From positions 39,335-103,334 of the forward strand of contig JAXDWR010000078.1 in assembly GCA_034088265.1 (NCBI GenBank): a stretch of DNA of 64,000 bases, read 5' to 3'. The position numbers were made by a program, and so were the translations under genes. Shown here piece after piece: positions 8,960-19,382 of this stretch. Position 1 is the first letter of the stretch, and every line of letters starts with the position of its first letter. The notes under the pieces were generated by a model. The model had not been told where the DNA came from. It searched no databases and worked only from the letters and a program-made list of their open reading frames with translations. This DNA is from Collinsella sp. (GTDB taxonomy: Bacteria; Actinomycetota; Coriobacteriia; Coriobacteriales; Coriobacteriaceae).

Positions 8960-11900
8960 TCACTCCGCCGACTTGAGAGCGCCGACCATGTCGATCCGAT
9001 CGAGGCTCCTGTTGGTCATCTGGTTGATGATGAGCGTGAAGAGCATCGAGGCGACGGCGGCGATCAGGTAGGTCGCGGGCTCCACGATCGTGTCGAAGTA
9101 CAGCGATGGCATCCTCAGCACGAAGGTCAGGAACCGGGTGATGGCGTATCCCATGGGGAAGCCCGCGACGATTCCCAAGAGGGTGAGGACGATGGTCTCC
9201 TTGTTGATGTAGCGATGGACCTCCCCGCGGCGGAACCCGAGCACCTTGATGGTCGCGAGCTCGCGCTCGCGTTCCGAGATGTTGGTGTTGGAGAGCGTGA
9301 AGACCACCGCGAACGCGAGGGCCGCGGCCATGACGGTCACGATGGCGACGACCACGTCGATGATCTTGAAGTTCTCGGAGAAGTCGTCGGCGATCTTGGC
9401 CGAGCTGCTCACCGCCACGAACTCGTCGCGCATCGCAAGCTCGTCCGCGAGCTCGATCTTGTCCTCCTTGGAGCCATCCAGGTTGGCCAGGTACGCATTG
9501 GGAACGACCCGCTCGCCAAAGGCCACGGCATAGGCGTCCTCTGTCATGAATATGAAGTTGCCCAGGTAGTTGGTCGCGATCCCATCCACGCGGACCGACC
9601 CCTTGCGGAAGGCCGCGTCCTGGAGCTGGAGCTCGTCGCCCATGGCGAATCCGAGGACCTGCTCGGCGTTCTTGGTCACGAGCGCCCCGTTGCCCTCGCC
9701 GGGCAGATCGAGCGCGGATCCCGCGTCGTCGCGCATATCGACATAGGGGTCGAGATCCGTCCCGCGCGGGACGACGATGAGCTGGACCGTCTCCTTCGCG
9801 CCGCCGAACCCCACCGTGACCGAGTCCACGCGCGCTTCGAGCATCTCATCGATCTCGCCGGTGTCGCGCAGCGCATCACCCGCGACGTCGAAGCCGTCGT
9901 CGGTGGAGACGGCCATGAGGTCGTAGCGCGTCACGCCGACATCGCCGTACTGGCGCGGCTTGAGCGATATGACCGTGTCGCGGATGCCGAGACCGCAGAT
10001 CATGAGCGCCGTGCATCCGGCGATGCCGAACACCGTCATGAGGAAGCGCTTCTTATAGCGGAAGAGGTTGCGCGCGCTCACCTTGTTGAGGAAGCCCAGG
10101 CGGCGCCAGAGCGGGGTGATGCGCTCGAGGAGGATGCGCCGGCCCGCGCGGGGCGCCTTGGGGCGCATGAGCGAGGCGGGCGTCTCCCTGAGCACGTGGC
10201 GGCACGCGACGAAGGTGGCGCCCACGATGCCGATCGAGAAGAGCCCGACGCCCCAGAACGCGCTGACGAGATCGAAGTGGAGCTGGAAGGCGGGGAGGGA
10301 GTACATGGTCTTGAAGATGGTGAACAGCACCGAGGGCAGCGCGACAAAGCCCACAACGTCGCCGAAGAGGCCTCCCAGAAGGCACGCCGAGAAGGAGTAG
10401 ATCAGGTATTTGGACTGGACGGCGCGGCGGCTGTAGCCGAGGGCCTTGTAGACTCCGATGAGCCCACGGTCCTCCTCGACCATGCGCGTGACGGTCGTGA
10501 GGCTGATGAGCACGGCCACCGTGAAGAAGATGAGCGGGAAGACCGTGGCGATCGCCTCGATCGAGCTCGCATCCGACTCGACGCTCGCGTAGCTCGGCAG
10601 CGACGTGCGGTCCTGAATGTACCAGGTGGCGCGGTCGATGTCGTCGATATCGCGACGGGCGTCGGCGAACTTGGTCTCGACCTCGGCCTCCTGCCTCTCG
10701 AACTCCGCGCGGTTGCGGTCGAGCTCGACCTGGCCGGAGGCCGCCTGGGCGGCGCCGGCATCGAGCTCGCGCGCGGCGCTCTCCATCTGGGCGCGGGCGC
10801 TCGCCCGCTCGCGCTCGAGCTGCTCCTCGCCCTCCTCGATGCGCCCCAGGCCGCGATTGGCCTCGGCGCGGGCCGCGGCGAGCTGGAGATCGCCCGCCTC
10901 GATCTGCGCGAGGGCGGCCTCTATGCCCGGCTTGGCGAGGATGGCGTCGGCGATCCCCGCCGCGTTGACACTCAGCGATGCGACCTGGTCGCGCAGGGAG
11001 GACAGGGTGTCGCGAATGCCCTGGATGCCCGCTCGGGCTTGGTCGATGACGCCCTCCTCGCCCATGTAGTTGGCGACGGCCTCCCTGATCTCCTCGATCG
11101 TGCCGGCATGCTCGGGAAGGAGCTCGCCGACCATCTGCGCCAGACGGTCGAGCTGCTCCAAGATCTCCTGACGTATCGCGGGATCCTGCGGGAGCCTTGC
11201 CAGCGCGCCGTCCACGACATCGCAAAGCACCAGCGCGTCGTCGATCCTAAAGAGAGCGTCCGACACGTACCCCTCCACGGCGGCGGCAAAGGGGTCGCGC
11301 GCGCTCGCGTCGCCCGCATGGAGCCTCTCCCATGCGTCGGCGGGCCATGCGTCGCCCATGAGCATCATGAGGAGACTCGCGGAGGACTCGGCCTGTTCCA
11401 CCTGATTGAGACCCGCCAGGGCCTGCTCCCGTCCGGCATCGAGCGCGGCCTGCTTGGCGTCGATAACGGCCAGGCCCCCCTCGACCTCGGCGCGGGCGGC
11501 GGCGAGCTTGGCGGCGGCATCGGCGAGCTGGCGCTCACCGTCCGCCCCTTGGGCCGCGAGCTCGGCGCGCCCGGCCTCGATGAGCGCGAGGGCGTCGTCG
11601 ATCTCGGACTGGGCGTCGGCAAGCTTTCCCTCGGCGTCGGCGAGCTCGGCGTCGGCGTCGGCACGGAACGCATCGACCTCCTCGAGCGCATCGTCTTTCA
11701 CGCCTTGGGTCCGAGCCAGCTCGCGCTCGGCCCGGATGCCCTCGGCGCGCTGCTTGACCTCCTCGACGAGGGCCTCGTATCCATCGGAATAGGTGGGGAG
11801 CTCGGAGGCGCCGGCAACCGAGAGGTAGGCGATCGTGTAGGTGCCGCGGTCCTCCACGGCGACGGGCGCGAAGAAGAACGCGAACCTCGTGCCGCTCGAG

Positions 11901-12550
11901 CTCCTGAACGACATCGTCTTGTTGCCGGCGTTGACATCCATGGGATCGAGCACCGAGGCGGTGATGGTGTAATCGCCCCGCCGGAAGATCTCGGAGGAGC
12001 CGCCGAGGGCGGTGTCATCCTCGGCCTCGCCCGAGCCCTCGTCGGCGCCCTCGAAGGTCACGGTGTCGCCGATCCCCTTGCCGGTCTCGTTGAGGTACTT
12101 CTGTGTCACCGCGACCTCGTCGACATCGCGCGGGAGCCTCCCCTCGAGCACCAGGGGCTCGTTCAAGCCCGCGCTCGACAGGGCGCGCAGGTCGACCTTC
12201 TCGCGCCGACCATCGACCTGCGTGTAGGCGGCCTCGGTGTAGCCGCCCTCGGCCGTCTCAACGCCGTCGAGGGCGGCAAGCGCCTCGATATCCCCGTCGT
12301 CGAGGCCGAGCGTGGAGCGGATCGAGATGTCGAAGAGGCGCTGGGCATCGTAGTAGGCGTCGGCCGTGGCGCGCAGGTCGTCGCAGGCGGCCTTGAGGCC
12401 GACGAGCATGGTCGCGCCGAGCGCGGTGATGATGAACAGCGAGACGAACCGCTTGGGATTGGAAGTTATGGTGCGGCGGATATCCGTCCCGAAGGCATTG
12501 GGCCTGGTGTCGCGTCGCGACCGGGTCGGGAGCAGCTTGAAGGGGGACAT
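8960..12550 (-). CDS. ABC exporter permease (two FtsX-like domains with a long coiled-coil extracellular region)
   Basis: FFTVAVLISLTTVTRMVEEDR.IG.YKALG and NISERERELATIKVLG repeats, heptad-rich central region. Adjacent to the ATP-binding gene. Confidence 0.9.
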   Translation of the reverse strand: MSPFKLLPTRSRRDTRPNAFGTDIRRTITSNPKRFVSLFIITALGATMLVGLKAACDDLRATADAYYDAQRLFDISIRSTLGLDDGDIEALAALDGVETAEGGYTEAAYTQVDGRREKVDLRALSSAGLNEPLVLEGRLPRDVDEVAVTQKYLNETGKGIGDTVTFEGADEGSGEAEDDTALGGSSEIFRRGDYTITASVLDPMDVNAGNKTMSFRSSSGTRFAFFFAPVAVEDRGTYTIAYLSVAGASELPTYSDGYEALVEEVKQRAEGIRAERELARTQGVKDDALEEVDAFRADADAELADAEGKLADAQSEIDDALALIEAGRAELAAQGADGERQLADAAAKLAAARAEVEGGLAVIDAKQAALDAGREQALAGLNQVEQAESSASLLMMLMGDAWPADAWERLHAGDASARDPFAAAVEGYVSDALFRIDDALVLCDVVDGALARLPQDPAIRQEILEQLDRLAQMVGELLPEHAGTIEEIREAVANYMGEEGVIDQARAGIQGIRDTLSSLRDQVASLSVNAAGIADAILAKPGIEAALAQIEAGDLQLAAARAEANRGLGRIEEGEEQLERERASARAQMESAARELDAGAAQAASGQVELDRNRAEFERQEAEVETKFADARRDIDDIDRATWYIQDRTSLPSYASVESDASSIEAIATVFPLIFFTVAVLISLTTVTRMVEEDRGLIGVYKALGYSRRAVQSKYLIYSFSACLLGGLFGDVVGFVALPSVLFTIFKTMYSLPAFQLHFDLVSAFWGVGLFSIGIVGATFVACRHVLRETPASLMRPKAPRAGRRILLERITPLWRRLGFLNKVSARNLFRYKKRFLMTVFGIAGCTALMICGLGIRDTVISLKPRQYGDVGVTRYDLMAVSTDDGFDVAGDALRDTGEIDEMLEARVDSVTVGFGGAKETVQLIVVPRGTDLDPYVDMRDDAGSALDLPGEGNGALVTKNAEQVLGFAMGDELQLQDAAFRKGSVRVDGIATNYLGNFIFMTEDAYAVAFGERVVPNAYLANLDGSKEDKIELADELAMRDEFVAVSSSAKIADDFSENFKIIDVVVAIVTVMAAALAFAVVFTLSNTNISERERELATIKVLGFRRGEVHRYINKETIVLTLLGIVAGFPMGYAITRFLTFVLRMPSLYFDTIVEPATYLIAAVASMLFTLIINQMTNRSLDRIDMVGALKSAE

Positions 12551-12559
12551 GGCGGGCAC

Positions 12560-13261
12560 CTACCACTCGATGTCGGCGATGGGCGTGGGGTGCTCGTTGC
12601 GGACCATGTCCGTGACCTTGCCGCTCTTGAACCTGATGAGCCGGTCGGCCATGGGGGCGAGGGCGGAGTTGTGGGTGATGATGATCACCGTGATGCCGTC
12701 GCGCCGACAGGTGTCCTGGAGGAGCTGGAGGACCTGCTTGCCGGTCTGGTAGTCGAGCGCGCCCGTGGGCTCGTCGCAGAGAAGCAGCTTGGGGTTCTTG
12801 GCGATCGCACGGGCGATCGAGACGCGCTGCTGCTCGCCGCCGGAAAGCTGGGCCGGGAAGTTGGACATGCGCTGGGAGAGCCCCACCTTGGCGAGGCAGT
12901 CCGCCGCATCGAGGGAGTCGGGGCAGATCTGGGCCGCGAGCTCGACGTTCTCGAGCGCCGTGAGGTTGGGGACGAGGTTGTAGAACTGGAAGACGAAGCC
13001 CACGTCGGCGCGGCGGTACTCGACGAGCTCGTCCTCGGAGGCCGCGCCCACGTCGCGACCGTCCACCACGACACGCCCGCTCGTGGCACCGTCCATGCCG
13101 CCAAGTATGTTGAGCGCCGTCGTCTTGCCAGCGCCCGAGGCGCCCAGGATGACGGCGAGCTCGCCGCGCTCCACCGAGAAGCTCGCGCCATCGAGGGCGT
13201 GCACCTCGCCCTCGCCCGAACCGTAGACCCTGTGGACATCGCTGAACTCTATATAGGACAT
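12560..13261 (-). CDS. ABC transporter ATP-binding protein (LolD/MacB-like)
   Basis: Walker A GASGAGKT, signature LSGGEQQR, Walker [10 protein letters not shown]-loop ITHN. Confidence 0.95.
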   Translation of the reverse strand: MSYIEFSDVHRVYGSGEGEVHALDGASFSVERGELAVILGASGAGKTTALNILGGMDGATSGRVVVDGRDVGAASEDELVEYRRADVGFVFQFYNLVPNLTALENVELAAQICPDSLDAADCLAKVGLSQRMSNFPAQLSGGEQQRVSIARAIAKNPKLLLCDEPTGALDYQTGKQVLQLLQDTCRRDGITVIIITHNSALAPMADRLIRFKSGKVTDMVRNEHPTPIADIEW

Positions 13262-13299
13262 GATCGCAAGCTCCTGCGCGCGAAATCGATCGATTGCTC

Positions 13300-13383
13300 G
13301 ACAACCTGTTGTCTAAACGCAGTATAGTGGAGGCGGGAACGGCTCCGCAGCCCCCACTCGACACACGGACCCAAATTGTCGAG
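13300..13383. promoter_or_regulatory. Probable TetR operators in the divergent promoter region
   Basis: Palindromes GACAAC-CT-GTTGTC (13300-13313) and CTCGACA-N13-TGTCGAG (13357-13383) share a GACA half-site between divergent tetR and ABC genes. Confidence 0.55.
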
Positions 13384-13431
13384 CGATACCCGGCCCGCCC
13401 TGAGAGGGAGGCCGAGAACCAAGGAGGCCCT

Positions 13432-14001
13432 ATGAACAAACAGCCCGCCGTAACCGAGCAGACGCGCGCCAACCTCCGCGCCGCCTTCTGGGATCTCTAT
13501 GCCGAGAAGCCCATCGACAAGATCACCGTACGCGAGATCACCGACCGCGCCGGCTACAACCGGGCGACCTTCTACCTGTATTTCCGCGATGTCTACGATC
13601 TCTTCGAGCAGATCGAGCAGGAGATCCTCGACAACGTCGAGCGCCTGGTCAACGAGGGGCTCATGCGCGAGGAGACACTCGACCTCTCTCACCACATGAA
13701 CCTCATCATCGCCCTCGCGCAGCGCTACGACGGCTACCTGCCGCAGCTCATGGGCCCGCACGGCGACCCCTCGTTCACGCAACGCCTCAAGCGCGTGCTC
13801 AGCCCGCTCCTCGACCGCTTCATCCTGCCGGAGAGCGTGCTCGACGGGCCACAGGTAGAGATCATGCACGAGTTCTACCTCTCGGGCGTCCTGGCCGCCG
13901 TGAACACCTGGATGACGATGCCCGAGCGCATGCCCATCGAGTGCTTCGTCCAGCTGGTGATCGGGGCCGTGCTCGCCGGCGCCGAGACGGACGGGCACTA
14001 G
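13432..14001 (+). CDS. TetR/AcrR family transcriptional regulator
   Basis: HTH KITVREITDRAGYNRATFYLYF. AGGAGG RBS before ATG at 13432. Confidence 0.92.
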   Translation: MNKQPAVTEQTRANLRAAFWDLYAEKPIDKITVREITDRAGYNRATFYLYFRDVYDLFEQIEQEILDNVERLVNEGLMREETLDLSHHMNLIIALAQRYDGYLPQLMGPHGDPSFTQRLKRVLSPLLDRFILPESVLDGPQVEIMHEFYLSGVLAAVNTWMTMPERMPIECFVQLVIGAVLAGAETDGH

Positions 14002-14107
14002 GATCCCCGGCGCCCATCAAGCCATATGGGAAGGGCCCCGCCTGGCGCTCGCCGGACGGGGCCCTCGATGTCTCGCGACGATACGGGCAAGGCGCCAAGG
14101 GCCTCCC

Positions 14108-15136
14108 CTACTCCACGAGCAGCTTGGCGATCTGCACGGCATTGGTCGCCGCACCCTTGCGGATCTGATCGCCGCAGCACCAGAAGGTGATGCCGCGCAG
14201 GGGTTCGGGGTTCGAGATGTCCCTGCGCAGACGGCCGACCCAGATCAGATCCTGATCGGAGGTGTCGATCGGCATGGGCCAGCGATCGTGCGCGCTCGGG
14301 GCCTCGAGATCGTCAACGAGCTTGACGCCGGGGGCGGAGGCGAGGATCTCGCGGGCCTCCTCGAGCGGAAGGTCGCGCTCGAACTCGAGCGTGATGCTCT
14401 CGGAGTGCGAGCGGAGCACGGGCACGCGGACGCAGGTGCAGTTCACGCGCAGCTTGGGGAGGTGCATGATCTTGCGGCCCTCGTTCTGGAGCTTCATCTC
14501 CTCCGAGGTGAAGCCCTCGAACTTCTCGCCGCCGATCTGAGGGATGAGGTTGCTCACGAGCTGGGCGGCGAAGGCGCGGGGCTCCGAGAGGGGCTCCCCA
14601 CGCCCCATCTCGGCGATCTGCTGCTCGAGCTCGCGCATGCCCGGCGCGCCGGCGCCGCTCGCGGCCTGGTAGGTCGACACGATCATGCGGGTCACGCCGG
14701 CCACCTGGTGCAGGGGCCAGGTGGGGACGAGGCCGATGATGGTCGCGCAGTTGGGGTTGGCGATGATGCCGTGGTGCCCCTTGACGTCGTCGCCGTTGAT
14801 CTCGGGGATGACGAGGGGCACGCCATCGTCCAGGCGGAAGGCGTGGGAGTTGTCGACCACGACGCAGCCGCGCTCGACGGCGGCGGGATACAGGGCGCGG
14901 GCGACGTCGTCCTCCGCCGCGCCCAGGACGATGTCGATCCCCTCGAGGGCGTCCACCGACGCGGCCTCGATGACGACCTCGCCCCACGGGGTCTCGACCC
15001 GCTTGCCCGCGGACCGGGGGCTCGCGAGGAGCTTGATCCTGCCGACGGGAAACCCCTGCTCCTCAAGGCATTGGAGCATCTGCGTGCCCACCGCACCCGT
15101 CGCTCCGACGATGGCCACCGAGCGTTTCTCCAACAT
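14108..15136 (-). CDS. asd: Aspartate-semialdehyde dehydrogenase
   Basis: GATGAVG, ANPNCAT (catalytic Cys), STYQAASGAG, CVRVPV..SHSE and DQIRKGAA motifs. Confidence 0.96.
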   Translation of the reverse strand: MLEKRSVAIVGATGAVGTQMLQCLEEQGFPVGRIKLLASPRSAGKRVETPWGEVVIEAASVDALEGIDIVLGAAEDDVARALYPAAVERGCVVVDNSHAFRLDDGVPLVIPEINGDDVKGHHGIIANPNCATIIGLVPTWPLHQVAGVTRMIVSTYQAASGAGAPGMRELEQQIAEMGRGEPLSEPRAFAAQLVSNLIPQIGGEKFEGFTSEEMKLQNEGRKIMHLPKLRVNCTCVRVPVLRSHSESITLEFERDLPLEEAREILASAPGVKLVDDLEAPSAHDRWPMPIDTSDQDLIWVGRLRRDISNPEPLRGITFWCCGDQIRKGAATNAVQIAKLLVE

Positions 15137-15206
15137 ATTCTCCCCTTTCGAAAGGATCGGATGGACCCCGCACCACCGCATGGGACGGGCGCGCGGAGCC
15201 GGCGTT

Positions 15207-16571
15207 CTAGCAGATCGGGCGCATGGGCTCCAGGTCCGCGGTCTTGACGATGCCGTTCTCGTCCGAGAAGGCGCGGTAGATGGTCCTGATCGCCAGGTCG
15301 AAGTCCCTCTCCTCGACGCCCACGATGATGTTGATCTCGTCGCAGCCCTGGGTGATCATGCGCACGCTCACGCCCTCCTGTCCGAGCATGCCGAAGAGAT
15401 GCCCCGAGACGCCGGGGCGCCCGCGCAGGTTGCGTCCGACGGTGGCGATGAGGGCGAGGTCCTCGACCACCTCGATCTCGAGGGGCTCGACCTCCTCCTG
15501 GATGTCGGCGATGAGGGAGTAGAGCGAGTCCCTCACGTCGTCGGCCTGCACGACGGCGGCGAACTGGTCGACGCCCGTGGGCATGTGCTCGACGGAGACG
15601 CCGTAGCGCTCAAAGACCGAGAGCGCGCGGCGCATGAAGCCGATGCGGCTCTTGGTGCGATCGCGCGAGACGGAGATGGCGATGAAGCCGCGCTTCCCCG
15701 CGATGCCCGTGATGATGGGCTCGGTGTCGCCCTCCTTGGCCGTCTCGGAGATGATCGTGCCCGGATCCTCGGGCGCGTTGGTGTTCTTGATCACGAGCGG
15801 GATGCCGGCGTCGCGCACGGGGAAGACGGCCTCCTCGTGAAGGACGCTCGCACCCATGTAGGAGAGCTCGCGAAGCTCCTCGTAGGTGATGCGCGGGATG
15901 GGCTGGGCCCCGTGGACGATGCGCGGGTCGGCGGACAGGAAGCCGGATACGTCCGTCCAGTTCTCGTAGAGGTCGGCGCCCAGGCACTGGGCGAGGATCG
16001 AGCCGGAGATGTCGCCGCCGCCGCGGTCGAGGAGCTTGACCTTGCCCTCCCTGGTGGCCCCGTAGAAGCCCGGCATCACGAAGCCGCCCTCGCGGGCGTT
16101 GCGCTTGACGAGCTCGGAGGTGCGCTCCATCGAGAGCGTCCCGTCATGGTGGAACGCGACCATGTCCGTGGCGTCGATGAAGGGGAGCCCGAGGTATTCG
16201 GCCATGAGGCGGGCGGTGAAGTACTCGCCGCGGCTCACGAGCTCCTCGGTGGTGTAGCCCCCGCTGCGGGCGCGCTCGGAGAACGCCGCGAACTCCTCGC
16301 GGATCGGATAGGAGAGGCCCAGATCGTCGGCGATGTCGAAGTAGCGCTGACCGATATCGGAGAGGAGGTCGTCGCAGGAGACGTGGTAGTTCACGTGGGC
16401 GTCGACGAGATAGAGCAGGTCGGTGACCTTGGTGTCGCCCGACGAGCGGCGACCGCACGCCGAGACGACCACGAAGCGGCGCGCGGGGTCGGCGTCGATG
16501 ATGCCCTTGATTTTCCTGAAGTGCTCGGCGTCCGCGACCGAGGAGCCTCCGAACTTGGTGATCTTTATCAT
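15207..16571 (-). CDS. lysC: Aspartate kinase with ACT domains
   Basis: KFGGSS, VVVSA, RGGGD, WTDVSG..SADPR and ELSYMGASVLH motifs, plus C-terminal ACT domains. Confidence 0.93.
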   Translation of the reverse strand: MIKITKFGGSSVADAEHFRKIKGIIDADPARRFVVVSACGRRSSGDTKVTDLLYLVDAHVNYHVSCDDLLSDIGQRYFDIADDLGLSYPIREEFAAFSERARSGGYTTEELVSRGEYFTARLMAEYLGLPFIDATDMVAFHHDGTLSMERTSELVKRNAREGGFVMPGFYGATREGKVKLLDRGGGDISGSILAQCLGADLYENWTDVSGFLSADPRIVHGAQPIPRITYEELRELSYMGASVLHEEAVFPVRDAGIPLVIKNTNAPEDPGTIISETAKEGDTEPIITGIAGKRGFIAISVSRDRTKSRIGFMRRALSVFERYGVSVEHMPTGVDQFAAVVQADDVRDSLYSLIADIQEEVEPLEIEVVEDLALIATVGRNLRGRPGVSGHLFGMLGQEGVSVRMITQGCDEINIIVGVEERDFDLAIRTIYRAFSDENGIVKTADLEPMRPIC

Positions 16572-16836
16572 GGTGAGCGAGGGACCTTCCTTGTGCCGAT
16601 CGGTCTCGATGCGTTCATCGAGGATATGCTTTAGCGTGAGATAGTGCGCTAGGTGCTTAAGTCTACTAAACCACAGCCCGCGGGACGCGGGGGACCGCGG
16701 GTTTGTTTCCAAACAAAGAACGTCAGATGGAATACGGCTGGATGGCGCGGGCGAAAGAGGGGGCACGTGGGGGCGGGGGCCGGCGCTCTGATACCATGGG
16801 CGGGAGCCGACGCCACCACGTACGAGGAGCACCTCC

Positions 16837-18357
16837 ATGGCAACCTACCACAGCACCCGTTCCAAAACCCCCGCGCTTGCTTCGAAGGAGGCCATCCGCC
16901 GCGGCATCGCCGAGGACGGTGGCCTCTACGTGTCGGACGCCCTGGGCGAGACCGTCATCGACCTCGACGGGCTCGCGGGCAAGGGATACCTCGAGCTCGC
17001 GCGCGAGGTGCTCGGGGCCCTGCTCCCCGACCTGTCCGCCGACGAGGTGGCCGCCTGCGTGAGCGAGGCCTACGAGGGCACCTTCGAGAGCGACGAGGTC
17101 ACACCCGTCGTCGAGCTCTCCGGGGTGCCGGGCGCCTGCGACGTCCCCTCCTATGTCCTCGAGCTCTGGCACGGGCCCACCAGCGCCTTCAAGGATGTCG
17201 CCCTCCAGATGCTCCCGCGCCTGATGTCGCGCGCCACGGCGGCGGCCGGCGACGGCGAGGGCATCATGATCGTCACCGCCACCTCGGGCGACACCGGCAA
17301 GGCCGCGCTCGCCGGGTTCGCCGACGCCCCCGGAACCGGCATCGCCGTCTTCTACCCCGACGGCAAGGTCTCGCGCGTCCAGGAGCTCCAGATGACCACG
17401 CAGGAGGGATCCAACGTGGCGGTCTGCGCCGTGCGCGGCAACTTCGACGACGCCCAGAGCGCCGTGAAGCGCATCTTCGCCGACCGCGAGCTCGCGAAGC
17501 GCCTGCGCGAGAAGGGGATCGTCCTGTCGAGCGCCAACTCCATCAACGTGGGGCGCCTGGTCCCCCAGGTCGTCTATTATTTCGCGGCCTATGCGCAGCT
17601 CCTGCGCGCCGGTAGGATCGAGGCGGGCGACCCCGTCGAGTTCTGCGTCCCCACGGGCAACTTCGGCGACATCCTCGCCGGCTACTACGCGCGCCGCATG
17701 GGCCTGCCCGTGGCGCGCCTCATCGTGGCGAGCGACAAGAACAACGTGCTCTTCGACTTCCTCACCACCGGCACCTACGACCGCCGGCGCCCCTTCCACA
17801 CCACCACCTCGCCCTCCATGGACATCCTCATCTCGTCCAACCTCGAGCGCATGCTCTACTACCTCTCCGAGGGCGACTGCGAGCTGGTCTCCCAGCTGAT
17901 GTCCGACCTCGCGCAGGGGTCCTTCACCGTCCCCGCCGACCTGCTCGCCCGCATTCAGGAGGTCTTTGGCTGCGAATGGGCCGATGAGGACGAGGTCGCC
18001 GCCGCCATCAAGGACTGCTGGGAGCGCAACGGCTATCTCATCGACCCCCATACGGCCTGCGGCTACCACGCGCTCGGCTCGCTCCCCGCGACCGAGGGGG
18101 CCAAAGCGCGCGTGCTCCTCTCCACAGCGAGCCCCTACAAGTTCCCGCGCGCGGTCGCCTCGTCGCTCGGCCTCTTCTGCCCGCCCGACGACTTCGCCTG
18201 CATGAAGGTCCTGGAGAAGGCGACCGGCACCTGCGCGCCCGCACAGCTCGCCACCCTCGCCGACAAGCCCGTCCGCTTCGACGACGTCGTGGACATCGAG
18301 GGCATGGGCGCCTTCGTCGAGTCCGCGGCCCTGGCATCCCTCAAGGAGCGCGCATGA
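16837..18357 (+). CDS. thrC: Threonine synthase
   Basis: YHSTR, ELWHGPTSAFKD (PLP Lys), ATSGDTG, SANSIN.GR and VPTGNFG motifs. Confidence 0.96.
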   Translation: MATYHSTRSKTPALASKEAIRRGIAEDGGLYVSDALGETVIDLDGLAGKGYLELAREVLGALLPDLSADEVAACVSEAYEGTFESDEVTPVVELSGVPGACDVPSYVLELWHGPTSAFKDVALQMLPRLMSRATAAAGDGEGIMIVTATSGDTGKAALAGFADAPGTGIAVFYPDGKVSRVQELQMTTQEGSNVAVCAVRGNFDDAQSAVKRIFADRELAKRLREKGIVLSSANSINVGRLVPQVVYYFAAYAQLLRAGRIEAGDPVEFCVPTGNFGDILAGYYARRMGLPVARLIVASDKNNVLFDFLTTGTYDRRRPFHTTTSPSMDILISSNLERMLYYLSEGDCELVSQLMSDLAQGSFTVPADLLARIQEVFGCEWADEDEVAAAIKDCWERNGYLIDPHTACGYHALGSLPATEGAKARVLLSTASPYKFPRAVASSLGLFCPPDDFACMKVLEKATGTCAPAQLATLADKPVRFDDVVDIEGMGAFVESAALASLKERA

Positions 18358-19235
18358 TCCACATCACCGTCCCCGCCACGAGCGCCAACCTCGGCATCGG
18401 CTACGACACACTCGGCATGGCGGTCTCGCTGTACTCCCACTTCACCTTCGAGCGCGCCGACACCCTCCAGATCACCGGATGCCCGGAGCGCTATCGAAAC
18501 GCCGACAACCTGGTGTACGCCTCCTTCGTCGACGCCCTTCGCGAGTGGGGCGAGGAGCCCTTCGCGGTCAAGCTCCACATAGAGACCGAGGTCCCCGTCG
18601 CGCGCGGACTCGGCTCGAGCTCCACGTGCGTGGTCGCGGGCATCATGGCCGCCGCGGCGCTCACCGGGCACACCGTCGATCGCGCCGAGCTCGTCCGCAT
18701 CGCCACGAACGTCGAGGGGCACCCCGACAACGTCGCCCCGGCCATCCTGGGCGGCGCCGTCTGCTCCTTCACCCCCGAGGGCGGACTCCCCCGCTGCCTG
18801 CGCTACGAGGTCAGCGACCGCCTGCGATTCATCACCGTGATCCCACCCTACGAGGTTCACACGAGCGAGGCGCGCAAGGTCGTCCCGCAGGAGGTCCCGC
18901 TCTCATCCGCCGTGTGGCAGATGGGTCGAATCGCAGGGATGACGCGCGGCCTCGAGACGGGTGACCTCGACCTCGTCGCCGCCGCGAACGACGACCGCCT
19001 GCAGGAGCCCTATCGCCGCGCCCTCATCCCCGATTACGAGGATATCCGCCGCACCTGCCTGGAAGGGGGCGCCAAGACCCTGTGGATCTCCGGCTCGGGC
19101 TCGACCCTCATGGCCGCGACTGACGACACCATCGTCGCCAAGTTCCTGCAGGTCCGCCTCCGCGAGCAGTTCCCCGCCTGCGAGACGCACATCCTCACCT
19201 GCGACACGCAAGGCGCCCAGATCGAGTACCTCTAA
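18354..19235 (+). CDS. thrB: Homoserine kinase
   Basis: VPATSANLG.GYD, PVARGLGSSS, EGHPDNV and SGSGST motifs. ATGA overlap with thrC. Confidence 0.96.
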   Translation: MIHITVPATSANLGIGYDTLGMAVSLYSHFTFERADTLQITGCPERYRNADNLVYASFVDALREWGEEPFAVKLHIETEVPVARGLGSSSTCVVAGIMAAAALTGHTVDRAELVRIATNVEGHPDNVAPAILGGAVCSFTPEGGLPRCLRYEVSDRLRFITVIPPYEVHTSEARKVVPQEVPLSSAVWQMGRIAGMTRGLETGDLDLVAAANDDRLQEPYRRALIPDYEDIRRTCLEGGAKTLWISGSGSTLMAATDDTIVAKFLQVRLREQFPACETHILTCDTQGAQIEYL

Positions 19236-19267
19236 GCCGCCCCCGCGCCCACCCCATAGACCCCGAC

Positions 19268-19298
19268 CCGCCCCGGGCGCCCCAGCCGCCCGGGGCGG
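19268..19298. terminator. GC-rich hairpin downstream of thrB
   Basis: Perfect 12-bp stem CCGCCCCGGGCG/CGCCCGGGGCGG with no clear U tract. Confidence 0.45.
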
Positions 19299-19382
19299 TC
19301 CCATCTCCCGCCACCGGATTTACACGGCCTCTTGGTACCATGGCAGGGGAATGACCAGACGACCCCGTCCACGAGGAGCACC

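Noticed and set aside
10600-11800. Repetitive GAGCTCG/GCCGAG-rich stretch inside the ABC permease gene
   Set aside because: Reflects Ala/Glu/Leu coiled-coil codon usage, not a DNA repeat element.
9215-13327. 1370-aa plus-strand ORF, and similar long ORFs such as 3559-5652, 21824-24451, 30398-32407 and 57463-59868
   Set aside because: Antisense shadows of well-supported minus-strand genes in high-GC DNA, with no recognisable motifs.
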